This document shows, in pieces, positions 47,103 to 57,500 of a DNA stretch of 64,000 nt (position 1 is the first letter of the stretch; every line of letters starts with the position of its first letter). The position numbers and the translations under genes are program-made. The stretch covers positions 4,043 through 68,042 of the forward strand of contig JAKISF010000016.1 in assembly GCA_021648725.1 (NCBI GenBank), given 5' to 3'. Origin of the DNA: Bacteroidales bacterium. Its GTDB lineage: Bacteria > Bacteroidota > Bacteroidia > Bacteroidales > JAADGE01. Below the pieces are notes generated by a model. It was not told the origin of the DNA. It saw only the letters and a program-made list of their open reading frames with translations, and made no database searches.

Positions 47103-48797
47103 TTATTCGCCTGAATTCATTGAAATAATAAATTCTTCATTACTTCTTGTTCTCAGCAATCTGTCTTTTAAAAATTCCATTGCTTCAACAGGGTTCATAT
47201 CAGATAAATACTTTCTTAATATCCACATTCTATTAAGCATATCTTTCCCGAATAACAAATCTTCTCTTCTGGTTCCGGACGCATTAATATTAACTGCAGG
47301 ATAAATTCTTTTGTTGGAAAGATTTCTGTCTAACTGCAATTCCATATTACCGGTTCCTTTAAATTCTTCAAAAATCACTTCATCCATTTTTGAGCCGGTA
47401 TCTATTAATGCAGTAGCTATAATGGTTAACGAGCCTCCGTTTTCAATATTTCTGGCTGCACCGAAAAATCTTTTCGGTTTATGTAAAGCACTTGCTTCAA
47501 CACCGCCGGAAAGCACTTTCCCGGAAGACGGAGAAACTGTGTTGTAAGCTCTTGCTAATCTTGTAATTGAGTCAAGGAGTATAACAACATCATGTCCTGA
47601 TTCTACTAATCGTTTTGCTTTTTGGATTACTATTTCGGATACTTTTACATGCTTATCGGCAGGCTCATCAAATGTTGATGCAACAACTTCGGCATTTACG
47701 CTTCTTTCCATATCTGTAACTTCTTCCGGTCGCTCATCAATTAACAGAATAATCATATAAACTTCCGGATGGTTAGCTGCAATTGCATTAGCTATATCTT
47801 TAAGTAACACTGTTTTACCTGTTTTAGGCTGGGCTACTATAAGACCTCTTTGTCCTTTTCCTATCGGTGAAAATAAATCAATAATTCTTGCTGATGCAGA
47901 AGCATCTTTTCCTGTAATATTAAATTTTTCATCAGGAAATAAAGGGGTTAAATGCTCGAAATGAATTCTGTCTCTTATATGTTCCGGTTTTCTTCCGTTT
48001 ATGCCTTCTACTTTTATTAAAGGAAAATATTTTTCACTGTCTTTCGGGGGTCTTATTTGCCCTTTAACAGTATCGCCGGTTTTTAAACCGAAAAGTTTAA
48101 TTTGAGATTGAGATACATAAATATCGTCAGGGGAATTAAAATAGTTATAATCTGCCGACCTTAAAAAACCATATCCGTCAGGCATAATTTCTAAAACACC
48201 TGAACTTTGGATGATTGCATCAAATTCATGTTTAGGGTTAAAGCTTTTATTTCTGTCTTGTCCTTCATCTTTTCCTTGTTTCTTAGGATTGTTTTTTTGG
48301 AGATTATTTTGGTATTTTCTTTCAATGGGTTTTTTATCTTTTTGTTTAGATTCAAACACCTTTTTATCATCGGTTCTCTCTTTTACAGGTTTATCTTCTT
48401 TATCCTTCTCAAAAGTTTTTTTCTCAAAAGGCTTTTTCTCAAAAGACTTTTTATCTTTTATTTTACCGTCAGTTGGTTTTCTTTTAAAAGATTTAACCTC
48501 TTCAGTTTTTTCAATCTTTTTTTCTTTTTTTCGGAAAGCTTGTTTCTTTTCAACTACCTTATTTGTTTTGTTATCCGTTTTTAAAACAGTTTTTTGTTTT
48601 ACAACACTTTTGGGTTTTTGCTCTGTTTTATCAGACTTTTCAGTCTGTGATTTTGTTCCTTTTATTGCAGCTTGATCCAATATTTCATAAATCAAATCTT
48701 GTTTTTTAAATTTCTCAATTCGCTTGATGCCATAGTCTTTGGCAAGTTCACGCAAATCAATTACCTTCATTTTTTGAAGTTCGAGAATGTCGTACAT
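47103..48797 (-). CDS. rho: Transcription termination factor Rho with a ~150-aa lysine-rich N-terminal insertion
   Basis: 564 aa. A Rho_N helix bundle, a K/E/F low-complexity insert, a CSD-like RNA-binding domain ([14 protein letters not shown]), Walker A AQPKTGKT and a RecA-type core. Confidence 0.95.
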   Translation of the reverse strand: MYDILELQKMKVIDLRELAKDYGIKRIEKFKKQDLIYEILDQAAIKGTKSQTEKSDKTEQKPKSVVKQKTVLKTDNKTNKVVEKKQAFRKKEKKIEKTEEVKSFKRKPTDGKIKDKKSFEKKPFEKKTFEKDKEDKPVKERTDDKKVFESKQKDKKPIERKYQNNLQKNNPKKQGKDEGQDRNKSFNPKHEFDAIIQSSGVLEIMPDGYGFLRSADYNYFNSPDDIYVSQSQIKLFGLKTGDTVKGQIRPPKDSEKYFPLIKVEGINGRKPEHIRDRIHFEHLTPLFPDEKFNITGKDASASARIIDLFSPIGKGQRGLIVAQPKTGKTVLLKDIANAIAANHPEVYMIILLIDERPEEVTDMERSVNAEVVASTFDEPADKHVKVSEIVIQKAKRLVESGHDVVILLDSITRLARAYNTVSPSSGKVLSGGVEASALHKPKRFFGAARNIENGGSLTIIATALIDTGSKMDEVIFEEFKGTGNMELQLDRNLSNKRIYPAVNINASGTRREDLLFGKDMLNRMWILRKYLSDMNPVEAMEFLKDRLLRTRSNEEFIISMNSGE

Positions 48798-49145
48798 TTA
48801 ATATGTTTTTTAAATTATTAATTAATATTTTGAGGTTTATCTGTTCAAGAAGAATTACATTTTTAATATCCGGCTAAGATGATAAAACAGAATATTTTGG
48901 AGAATGAATTATAGAGAAAATATTGAAAATTAATCGTTTACTGTTGTTTTTAACTTTCGGATTAATTTAATGCAATAATAATCATAAAGTTTGGAATGAA
49001 AAAGAATTTATGTTTTTTTATTGTTATAATTTAAAATAAATCTTCGTCAACATAATTTCTGCATTAAAAACAAAAACCCAAACACCTAATAATCTGACAC
49101 TTATTTGCATTATTCAAGTAAATTATTTATTAATGTTTTTTTTAA

Positions 49146-49153
49146 TAATTTTG
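49146..49153 (+). promoter_or_regulatory. -7 box (TAnnTTTG) upstream of the CPBP-like gene
   Basis: TAATTTTG, 27 nt upstream of the ATG. Confidence 0.4.
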
Positions 49154-49180
49154 GCAACTTTATTACTGTAAGCAAATCGA

Positions 49181-50119
49181 ATGAAAGAAATTATACTTGA
49201 AATACGTGATTTTATAAAAAAAGATTTTAATATATTCGCTTACGGTTATACTGTTTTATTTCTTGCAATAGCTTTATATTTAAACTTCACATATAATTTT
49301 GAAGACGGTTATATTGACAAAAATTACGGCAAATTAAGGGGATTTTGGGTTTATCCTCTTTATTATATTGCTCCTTATTACCTTACTTTAATTCCTATCC
49401 TTTTTATAAAAAAGCAACAGTACAAATTATTGCAATCAGAATTCTGGGTTAAAAGCCTTATATATTTCGGAACATTCGGAGTTATGATTGCTGTTTGGCA
49501 ACATCGCACTTTATTTGATTTCTCACATTTAGAAGCAGGAGACAGGTTTTTTATATTCAGAGTTTTTGATGAAATTAAACGAATAATTCCTTTTTTGATA
49601 ATATTTTTTGCCGTAAAATCTTATTATGATAAAAAAGATAATCATTTATTAGGTCTAAGGTATAAAGGTATGAATTACAGACCTTTCTTTTTAATGTTGG
49701 CATTAATGATTCCTTTAATTACGCTTGCATCTTTTCAGCCGTCATTTCAGCATACATACCCTCAATATAAATATTGGTTTTATAAAGGGGCTTTCGGTAT
49801 GTCGCAAGAACAAACAATGGGGGTTTTTGAAATAGCATACGGACTGGATTTTATAAGTGTCGAACTAATGTTCAGAGGAGCTTTGGTTATAGGAATGGCT
49901 AAGATATTAGGCAGAGAAGCTGTTTTGCCTATGGCTGCGGCATATGTTATAATTCATTTCGGCAAACCTGCCGGAGAAGCAATAAGTTCATTCTTCGGAG
50001 GCTTTATTTTGGGAGTTCATTCCCTTGCAAAGAAAAATATTTTCGGGGGAATAATAATTCATGTCGGAATTGCTTATTTTATGGAAATTGCGGCAGTTTT
50101 GCAACATCTTTACAAATAA
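49181..50119 (+). CDS. Polytopic membrane protein, CPBP (CAAX/Abi) intramembrane protease-like
   Basis: 312 aa with 7-8 TM helices. Partial CPBP motifs (VELMFRG; IIHFGKP; IIIHVGIAY). Confidence 0.5.
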   Translation: MKEIILEIRDFIKKDFNIFAYGYTVLFLAIALYLNFTYNFEDGYIDKNYGKLRGFWVYPLYYIAPYYLTLIPILFIKKQQYKLLQSEFWVKSLIYFGTFGVMIAVWQHRTLFDFSHLEAGDRFFIFRVFDEIKRIIPFLIIFFAVKSYYDKKDNHLLGLRYKGMNYRPFFLMLALMIPLITLASFQPSFQHTYPQYKYWFYKGAFGMSQEQTMGVFEIAYGLDFISVELMFRGALVIGMAKILGREAVLPMAAAYVIIHFGKPAGEAISSFFGGFILGVHSLAKKNIFGGIIIHVGIAYFMEIAAVLQHLYK

Positions 50120-50133
50120 AAACATCATAAACT

Positions 50134-50823
50134 ATGAGAATAGATATACTTACAGTTCTTCCTCAACTACTGGAAAGTCCTCTTAACCACTCAATTGTAA
50201 AAAGAGTTCAAGAAAAAGGGCTTGCAGAAATTTATACCCATAACTTAAGAGATTTTTCAACTGACAAGCATAAAAGAGTTGATGATGCTCCTTTCGGAGG
50301 AGAAGCCGGTATGGTAATGATGATTGAACCGGTAGATAATGCTGTTTCTTTTTTAACTTCCGAAAGAACTTATGATGAAATAATATATACTTCGCCGGAC
50401 GGTGAAAAGTTTAACCAGAAAACAGCAAATTCTTTTTCTCGTTATAAAAACATTTTAATTCTTTGCGGACATTATAAAGGAATTGATCAACGGATAAGAG
50501 ATAAGTATATTACAAAAGAAATCTCAATAGGAGATTATGTTCTTACAGGCGGTGAACTTGCAGCCGCCGTGATAGTTGACAGTATAGTCAGATTAATCCC
50601 GGGTGCTATTTCTGATGAAACTTCTGCTTTATCTGATTCGTTTCAAGATAATTTATTAGCTCCGCCGGTTTACACCAGACCGGCTGAATATAAAGGAATG
50701 AAAGTTCCGGATGTGTTGCTTTCCGGTAATTTTAAAGAGATTGACAAATGGAAATTTGAACAATCAATAAGCAGAACAAAAAAATTAAGACCCGATTTGT
50801 ATGACGAATTATTTGACGAATAG
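50134..50823 (+). CDS. trmD: tRNA (guanine37-N1)-methyltransferase
   Basis: 229 aa with full-length TrmD-like sequence ([10 protein letters not shown]..; [19 protein letters not shown]). Confidence 0.95.
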   Translation: MRIDILTVLPQLLESPLNHSIVKRVQEKGLAEIYTHNLRDFSTDKHKRVDDAPFGGEAGMVMMIEPVDNAVSFLTSERTYDEIIYTSPDGEKFNQKTANSFSRYKNILILCGHYKGIDQRIRDKYITKEISIGDYVLTGGELAAAVIVDSIVRLIPGAISDETSALSDSFQDNLLAPPVYTRPAEYKGMKVPDVLLSGNFKEIDKWKFEQSISRTKKLRPDLYDELFDE

Positions 50824-50871
50824 AGTTATCTTTGAAAAATTAATTTGTATATTGCCTTAAATTATTTAAAA

Positions 50872-51192
50872 ATGAAGCTTGAAAAATTATATTATACAAT
50901 TGGAGAGGTCGCCGAAATGTTTGATGTTAATGTTTCATTAATAAGATATTGGGAAAATCAATTCAGTATTTTAAAACCTAAGAAAAACAAAAAGGGCAAT
51001 CGTCTTTTTACTCCTGCCGATATTGATAATCTTCATTTAATTTATCATTTGGTTAAAGAAAAAAGACTTACTTTAGAAGGAGCAAAACTTAAGTTAAAGG
51101 AGAATAAAGAATCTACTATGCAAAATTTTGAGGCAGTTAAGAAGTTAAAAGAAGTAAAAAAAATGTTGCTTGAAATTAGAGATTCGATATAA
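50872..51192 (+). CDS. MerR-family transcriptional regulator
   Basis: HTH segment YTIGEVAEMFDVNVSLIRYWE. The ORF-track start at 50845 is TTG, so the ATG at 50872 is preferred. Confidence 0.8.
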   Translation: MKLEKLYYTIGEVAEMFDVNVSLIRYWENQFSILKPKKNKKGNRLFTPADIDNLHLIYHLVKEKRLTLEGAKLKLKENKESTMQNFEAVKKLKEVKKMLLEIRDSI

Positions 51193-54183
51193 TTATTTCT
51201 GACATTTTTCAATAACAGCAATTCTTTTTTTACCGTCGGTTTGTATTCTCAAATTATCACTAAATCTTACGTGTTTTATAAAATCTGTTTCTTCTACCAA
51301 TTCTTGTTCGGCAAGTTCTTTCCAATTTATATATCCTTCTGCATCTGTATGTTGTATTGAAAAATAACCTACATTCATTGATGTAACATTATGGAAAAAA
51401 TGAGAACCCGAGGAAGCTTCTAACGGGAAATCATGCAAACTGGTTTCAACAATTACTTTTGCTTTTGAAATTTGCGTCCAATTAACAGGAATGCCAATCC
51501 ATTTATCTCTCGTACCCCATCTTCCGGGTCCGATTAAAACATAAGATTTACCTTCACTTATCATTTTTTTATTAAAAACATCTATTTCTTTTGCAATCTG
51601 TTCGGTTTTTGATTTATCAAAGGTTTCGGGATTAACATAAATTACATCTCTCACATCTTCGATTACACCGTTACCCATTGCATTTTTTGAAAACAAAACT
51701 GCATTTTTAATATCAATTGTTTTAAAGTTAATATTATAATCTTGTGAATTCCCTATTAAAGGTTTTACCTGTAATAAATAAAAAGATGCTTCCCTGTCTT
51801 CGTCTAAGTTCAAATCTACTGCATATTCAATTTCAACAGGAGCACCCATTGCTTCCTTTAAAATATTGAGCATGGTTTTAATTGTTTTAGCCAAAGGAAT
51901 ATAGTTATACTTTAAGATATTAGCAAAATTTACAATTCTGGGACCGTATTTATCAAGTCCGGGGTAAACCATATCATTATCAGGGTTATATACCGAAACA
52001 CAATGTTTAAATCTGTCAAAGTTAAGGCGTTCCGGTTCACTTATATTTAAGCGAATTAATCCTGCAGTTTCGCCGGTTTTGAAATCAATAGTATCCCTTT
52101 CAAGGTTTACTGCAAAAAGCTCTGTTTGTGAATTTTTAAATAAATCTTTATTTGAATTATTTTGTAATGTAGGATGATTGGGTGAAAATCGATAAGCCTT
52201 TTCTCCTTCAACGACATAAATGCCTAAACCTACGGCTGCAACTGCAGCTCCGTCATGGGGTTTTATTTTCCCGAAAGGATAATAATTATATGATTGAGCC
52301 GTACCGCTGATATGAGGATAATATACATTTTCATATTTATTTCCTACAAGTTCTTGCAGAACAATAGCCATTTTCTCTTCTTCGATTTTGTAATTTACGG
52401 CATTTATATAATTTTTAGAAGTTTCGGAAAAAACTGATGCAAAAACTAACTTTACCGCAGTACAAACTTGTTTTAATCGATGATTAATATCATTATGATT
52501 ATTCGGCAAAATATATGTTGAAAAAATTCCTGCAAAAGGTTGCATTAATGAATCCTCAAATAATCCGGAAGATCTTACGGCAATCGGTTTTTTGATTATT
52601 GATAATACCTTTAGTAATTTATCTTTTAAATCTGAACTAATTTCTTGGTCAACAAATAAATCCGACAAATCTGAGAAGTTAGTTTCATTTCTTGCTTTAT
52701 TAAATAAATCATTCTGTGACAAGAAGTTATCATATTCATCCGTTCCTATAATAAATGTTTTCGGCATTTTTAATTTAATACCGGGAACAAACTTATTTAT
52801 GTTAAACTTATAAATCAAGCTATTCATAAATGCAACTCCCCTGCCCTTTCCTCCGAGAGCTCCTGTTGCTAATTTGCCTATGTTGCTTTCATGCAAAACA
52901 GTGTAATCATTTACACTTATTATTTGCCCTCTATTCTGTTCAACCTTATTATCGTAAAAAGATTGTATTAATACTTTTCTTATTCCTTGTATTCCGTCAA
53001 AATCAGAAATTTTATAAGGAGCAATTTTTTCTGCCAAAGTAATTTCGCCTCTTGCTCGCAACCATAAAGAGAAATGATTTTTTCCTGCATGATAACCTAA
53101 ACTTTCATCACTTATTGTATGGAGTTTTCTGTAAAACTCATCCATGTCTTTTGCTCTGTCAACAATTTCACCGTCATTTGCTCTGAAAATAAAATCACCG
53201 AAGCCTAAGTTATACTTAATAAAATCTTTAATATCATGAATTAAGCTGTTAGAGTTCTTATCAATAAATCTTGATTGACATTCAGTTTCTGCCGTAATTT
53301 TATTTGCTATATCTGACGACTGAATTGCAGTAGGAATTCGAGGAGTTATTTTTTTTATATGCTTTATCAATATAAATCCGGCTTTTTTATTAGTTCTGTT
53401 GTTTTTTTTAAATTTTACATCAGAAATAACACTTAAAATATAGTCTTTATAGGTGTCATAAATATTGATTGCATCATCATAATCCGTTGCTAATAAAATC
53501 TTTGGTCTCATTCTCATTTTCATAATTTTATACATGTCATCCGTTGCAGTAGAATCGTCAATAATTCTCTGCGTTTGTTCCATCACGCTTTTGTATAAAA
53601 TCGGTAAATATCGAGAATAGTATTTTTCAGAATCTTCAACCAAAAGAATTATTCTCGATAAACCTATTTTTGTGTCATTTGCAACATTTTTTTTGTCTTC
53701 TAAGAGTTTTACTATTGTTAAGAAAATATTTGAATCTCCGTTCCAAACAAAAATATTATTGATATTTTGTAGTTTCTTTGCTTGTTTTTTATAGTGGTTT
53801 ATATCTGTATTATTGTTTACTAAAAGATATAAAGGTAATTTTGTATATTTGTCTTTTATTTTTTTCGCAATATTTAAAGGTGTACGTCTGTCAATACCGC
53901 ACATTATTATAACCAAATCAAAGCCGCCTTTTTCCAGTTTAATCAATGCATCATCATAAGAATGGGCTTTAACAATTTCGGGAGCAGATGATAAATTCAT
54001 TTTATAATAATCACCTCTTACCGTATCATCTAACTTACCTTCTCGTTCAATACTTAAAGCATCATATAAATGAGCAATAAGTAATATTTTCTCAACTTTA
54101 TAAGGCATAAGTTGATACAATATATCTCTTTCGGAATAATCGGTTTCTATTATTTTATTTATTATCGAAGTAAATTCAGACAT
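51193..54183 (-). CDS. Receiver-like x2 / PEP-pyruvate-binding (PPDK_N ATP-grasp) domain protein without a phosphohistidine domain
   Basis: About 996 aa from the ATG at 54183 (the ORF-track TTG is at 54201). Receiver-like segments (IILLVEDS..SVISDVKF..IPTAIQSS), PPDK_N motifs GALGGKGRG, IAVRSSGLFEDS, PFAGIFSTY and MAIVLQELVG, and a C-terminal domain with LIGPGRWGTRD. Confidence 0.75.
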   Translation of the reverse strand: MSEFTSIINKIIETDYSERDILYQLMPYKVEKILLIAHLYDALSIEREGKLDDTVRGDYYKMNLSSAPEIVKAHSYDDALIKLEKGGFDLVIIMCGIDRRTPLNIAKKIKDKYTKLPLYLLVNNNTDINHYKKQAKKLQNINNIFVWNGDSNIFLTIVKLLEDKKNVANDTKIGLSRIILLVEDSEKYYSRYLPILYKSVMEQTQRIIDDSTATDDMYKIMKMRMRPKILLATDYDDAINIYDTYKDYILSVISDVKFKKNNRTNKKAGFILIKHIKKITPRIPTAIQSSDIANKITAETECQSRFIDKNSNSLIHDIKDFIKYNLGFGDFIFRANDGEIVDRAKDMDEFYRKLHTISDESLGYHAGKNHFSLWLRARGEITLAEKIAPYKISDFDGIQGIRKVLIQSFYDNKVEQNRGQIISVNDYTVLHESNIGKLATGALGGKGRGVAFMNSLIYKFNINKFVPGIKLKMPKTFIIGTDEYDNFLSQNDLFNKARNETNFSDLSDLFVDQEISSDLKDKLLKVLSIIKKPIAVRSSGLFEDSLMQPFAGIFSTYILPNNHNDINHRLKQVCTAVKLVFASVFSETSKNYINAVNYKIEEEKMAIVLQELVGNKYENVYYPHISGTAQSYNYYPFGKIKPHDGAAVAAVGLGIYVVEGEKAYRFSPNHPTLQNNSNKDLFKNSQTELFAVNLERDTIDFKTGETAGLIRLNISEPERLNFDRFKHCVSVYNPDNDMVYPGLDKYGPRIVNFANILKYNYIPLAKTIKTMLNILKEAMGAPVEIEYAVDLNLDEDREASFYLLQVKPLIGNSQDYNINFKTIDIKNAVLFSKNAMGNGVIEDVRDVIYVNPETFDKSKTEQIAKEIDVFNKKMISEGKSYVLIGPGRWGTRDKWIGIPVNWTQISKAKVIVETSLHDFPLEASSGSHFFHNVTSMNVGYFSIQHTDAEGYINWKELAEQELVEETDFIKHVRFSDNLRIQTDGKKRIAVIEKCQK

Positions 54184-54223
54184 AGACAATAGGTTTATCA
54201 AAAATATGATATAATGGAATCAG

Positions 54224-54493
54224 CTAACTGTCTTTTTCAAAAATTTTATATTTCTGAATATTATTTTTCAGTTGATCGGTATTTTTTTTGATTTCTTTTA
54301 AATCATCAACCATTTCTTTATTCTCTCGGGTCATTTCACTTTTAATATCATTTGCGGCATCTTTAAATTGTTTTACACCTTTTCCGATTGTTCTTGCAAT
54401 TTCAGGCAAATTTTTCGAACCGAATAATACAACAACTGCAATAAGAATAAAAATTATTTCACCACCGCTTATAAAAAGATATATTCCAAACAT
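54224..54493 (-). CDS. tatA: Twin-arginine translocase subunit TatA/E
   Basis: 89 aa from the ATG at 54493: MFGIYLFISGGEIIFILIAVVVLFGSKNLPEIARTIGKGVKQFKDA. The longest ORF (TTG at 54544) reads through the secDF terminator. Confidence 0.85.
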   Translation of the reverse strand: MFGIYLFISGGEIIFILIAVVVLFGSKNLPEIARTIGKGVKQFKDAANDIKSEMTRENKEMVDDLKEIKKNTDQLKNNIQKYKIFEKDS

Positions 54494-54508
54494 TACATTT
54501 TTTTTTTT

Positions 54509-54516
54509 CAAAGTTA
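54509..54516 (-). promoter_or_regulatory. -7 box (TAnnTTTG) upstream of tatA
   Basis: The plus strand reads caaagtta, giving TAACTTTG on the minus strand. It lies 15 nt upstream of the ATG, followed by an A11 tract, and directly abuts the secDF terminator T-run. Confidence 0.4.
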
Positions 54517-54548
54517 TAAAAAAAAGCCTTGAAAAAATAATCAAGGCT
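54517..54548 (-). terminator. Rho-independent terminator after secDF
   Basis: Minus-strand RNA forms an AGCCUUGA / UCAAGGCU 8-bp stem with an 8-nt loop, followed by a U7-8 run. Confidence 0.7.
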
Positions 54549-54574
54549 TCTTCTTTATATAATTTTATTGAAAT

Positions 54575-57500
54575 TTATTTTTTACTTTTCTTTTTACCTC
54601 CCAAATATTCCCTGTTTTTTTGTTTAATAACAGCATCATGAATTGTTTTGTCTTTTACTGTATCAAAAACAACAGGTGTCGCAATAAATAATGAAGAATA
54701 TGTTCCTACAACAATACCTATTAACAATGCAAATATAAAGCCTTGAATTGCTTCGCCTCCGAATAAGAATATTGCCAACAACACTACAAATGTACTCAAT
54801 GAAGTGCTGAAAGTACGACTTAATGTACTGTTCAAAGCATCATTATATACAACTTTTCTTTCTCTTGTTTTGCTGAATTGCATAAACTCTCTGATACGGT
54901 CAAACACAACAACGGTATCATTTACAGAATATCCGACAACAGTAAGAATTGCTGCAATAAATGCTTGGTTGATTTCCATTGAAAACGGCATCAGATTGTA
55001 TAATAATGAGAATAAGCCTAAAACTAATAGTACATCATGGGCTAATGCTGCTAATGCACCCAAACCGAATTGCCAATTTCTGAAACGAATAAATATGTAT
55101 AAGAAGATTGCAATAAGCGAGAAAAATACTGCCCATAATGCACCGACTTTAATATCATCTGCAATTGTAGGTCCGACTTTTCTTGAACTTGTTTTACCCA
55201 ATACTTCTTCTGCATTAGAATTTATTACGGCAACACCGTCTTCAAAAACATAACCTTCCAAGAATGCGTCCATAGTAACATTTTTAGCAATGAAATTTCC
55301 GGCTTTAAGTCCTTCGTATAATTTTTGTTCAACAACATCGTCTGCGTTAACATCAATGTTATCAACCATATATTTGGTAACAATTTTAACTTGATTGCTG
55401 CTTCCGTATGTCTTAACTTCGGGAGTTTCTTCAAATACTTTTTGTAAGCTTGCAGCAATTTCAGATGTATTTACTTCCTTATCAAACTGAACAGTATATA
55501 TTCTGCCGCCCTGAAAATCCACACCAAGATTCAGTCCTTTTGTAAATAATGAAAATAAACCGAGAACTATAATAATACCTGAAATAATATATGCAATTTT
55601 TCTTTTTTCAATAAACTTGATTTTTGTGTTTTGGAAAGCATTTTTTGTCATTTTAGTATAAAAAGAAATGCTTTTCCCTTTTGCCATTCTGTTAGCAAAA
55701 ATTAAACGAGTTATGAAAATTGCTGAAAATAAGGAAGTTAAAATACCTATAATCAAAGTTGTCGCAAAACCTTTAATCGGTCCGTGTCCGAAAATAAATA
55801 AGACGATTGCTGTAATTAATGTTGTAATATTCGCATCAATAATTGCAGAATATGCATTTTTATAACCGTCTGACAAAGCAAGTTTTAATCCTTTCCCTAA
55901 TTTTAATTCCTCTTTAATACGTTCAAAAATCAATACGTTAGCATCAACCGACATACCGATTGTTAAAACAATACCTGCAATACCCGGTAATGTTAATACA
56001 GCACGAAGTGATGCTAAAACACCGAATATTAATAATATATTAGTGATTAATGCAATGTCTGCAACAATACCTGCCGTTTTATAAAAGAATACCATGTATA
56101 TTAAGATTACAAAAAATGCAATAATAAACGACATCATACCATGCGTTACAGCTTTTTGACCGAGTGATGCTCCTACAACTTCTTCTTCAATTATAATTGC
56201 AGGTGCTTGTAATTTACCTGATTTTAATATGTTTGCAAGGTCACTTGCTTCATCATGTGTAAAATTGCCGGATATAGATGAGCTACCGCCTTTAATTTCA
56301 CTATTTACATTCGGAGCGGAATAAACATAACCGTCAAGAACAATTGCTACTTGTTTTCCTACATTATCCTTTGTTATTGCAGCCCATTTTCCGGTAGCTT
56401 CAGCGTTCATCGACATAGATACTTCCCATTGTCCTGTATTCGGGTCTGTTTGTGCTCTTGCTTGAACAACAACATCGCCTTCTAATGAAGGTTTCCCTGC
56501 TCTTTTTGATTTTAATGCAATTAATCTGAAATAATTATCTTTATTATCATTTTCTGCATTATCAAAATCCATAGGTTTAACTTCCCAAGCCAAAACTAAT
56601 TCTTTCGGGAAAATTGATTTTATTTGCCTCAAATTTAATACTTCGTTAACTTTTGCCGTATCTTTTAAATGAGCATAGCCTATTGTTGCCGAACTTATCG
56701 GTTGATTATTTTTATTTACGTAAGGAATTAATAATGCAAATAAAGGATTTTGTTTTTGATACTCTTCAAAACCTTCTTTTTCTTTTAATGCAGCATTAGA
56801 CTCATTAATATCCAGCAACGGATTTTGAGTTGAATCATCAGTTAACAATAAATTATCATTTTTTGTTGTGTCTAATAATAGTCCGCCGTCATCAGTAATT
56901 AACTCGACAGTATCAGTTGCTGCGGTATCAACTTTTGTAGTATCAATATTTCTAATGGAATTTAATTCTCTGAGTTTCGCATTTGCTTTATAAAAATATT
57001 CATATACTTCGGGGAAATCATAAGTTTCCCAAAATTGAAGATTTGCAGTTCCTTGTAATAATTTTCTTACTCGTTTCGGTTCTTTTATTCCCGGAAGTTC
57101 TATCAGTATTCTTCCTGAATTTCCTTCTAATTTTTGTATGTTCGGTTGAACAACACCGAATTTATCAATTCTTGAACGTAAAACATTTAAAGAATTATCG
57201 ATTGCATCTTGTGCTTCCTGACGAATAATTTTTAAAACATCATCGTCTGTTGTACTGCTGTTAATACGATCTTTTAAAGTATATGTCGAAAATATAGCGT
57301 TTAATTGCAAATTCGGATCAATCTCTTTAAATGATTCATAAAATAAAGTAATAAAATCTGAGGTTGCATTTGCTTGCTTAACTTTTGCTGACTTTATTGC
57401 TTCTCGAAATGTTTGATTTGTGCTGTTATCGGCAAGACCTACTATAAGTTCTGAAACAGAAACTTCAAGAATAACATTCATACCGCCTTTTAAGTCAAGC

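Noticed and set aside
48207-48675. Two plus-strand ORFs (125 and 154 aa) opposite the rho N-terminal region
   Set aside because: They are antisense to the lysine-rich (AAA/AAG/GAA-rich) rho insertion, which automatically yields stop-free F/L/S-rich frames. They have no start context or independent signals.
54288-54641. 117-aa plus-strand ORF spanning tatA and the secDF 3' end
   Set aside because: It is antisense to two confidently called genes and crosses the terminator hairpin, so it is a shadow ORF.
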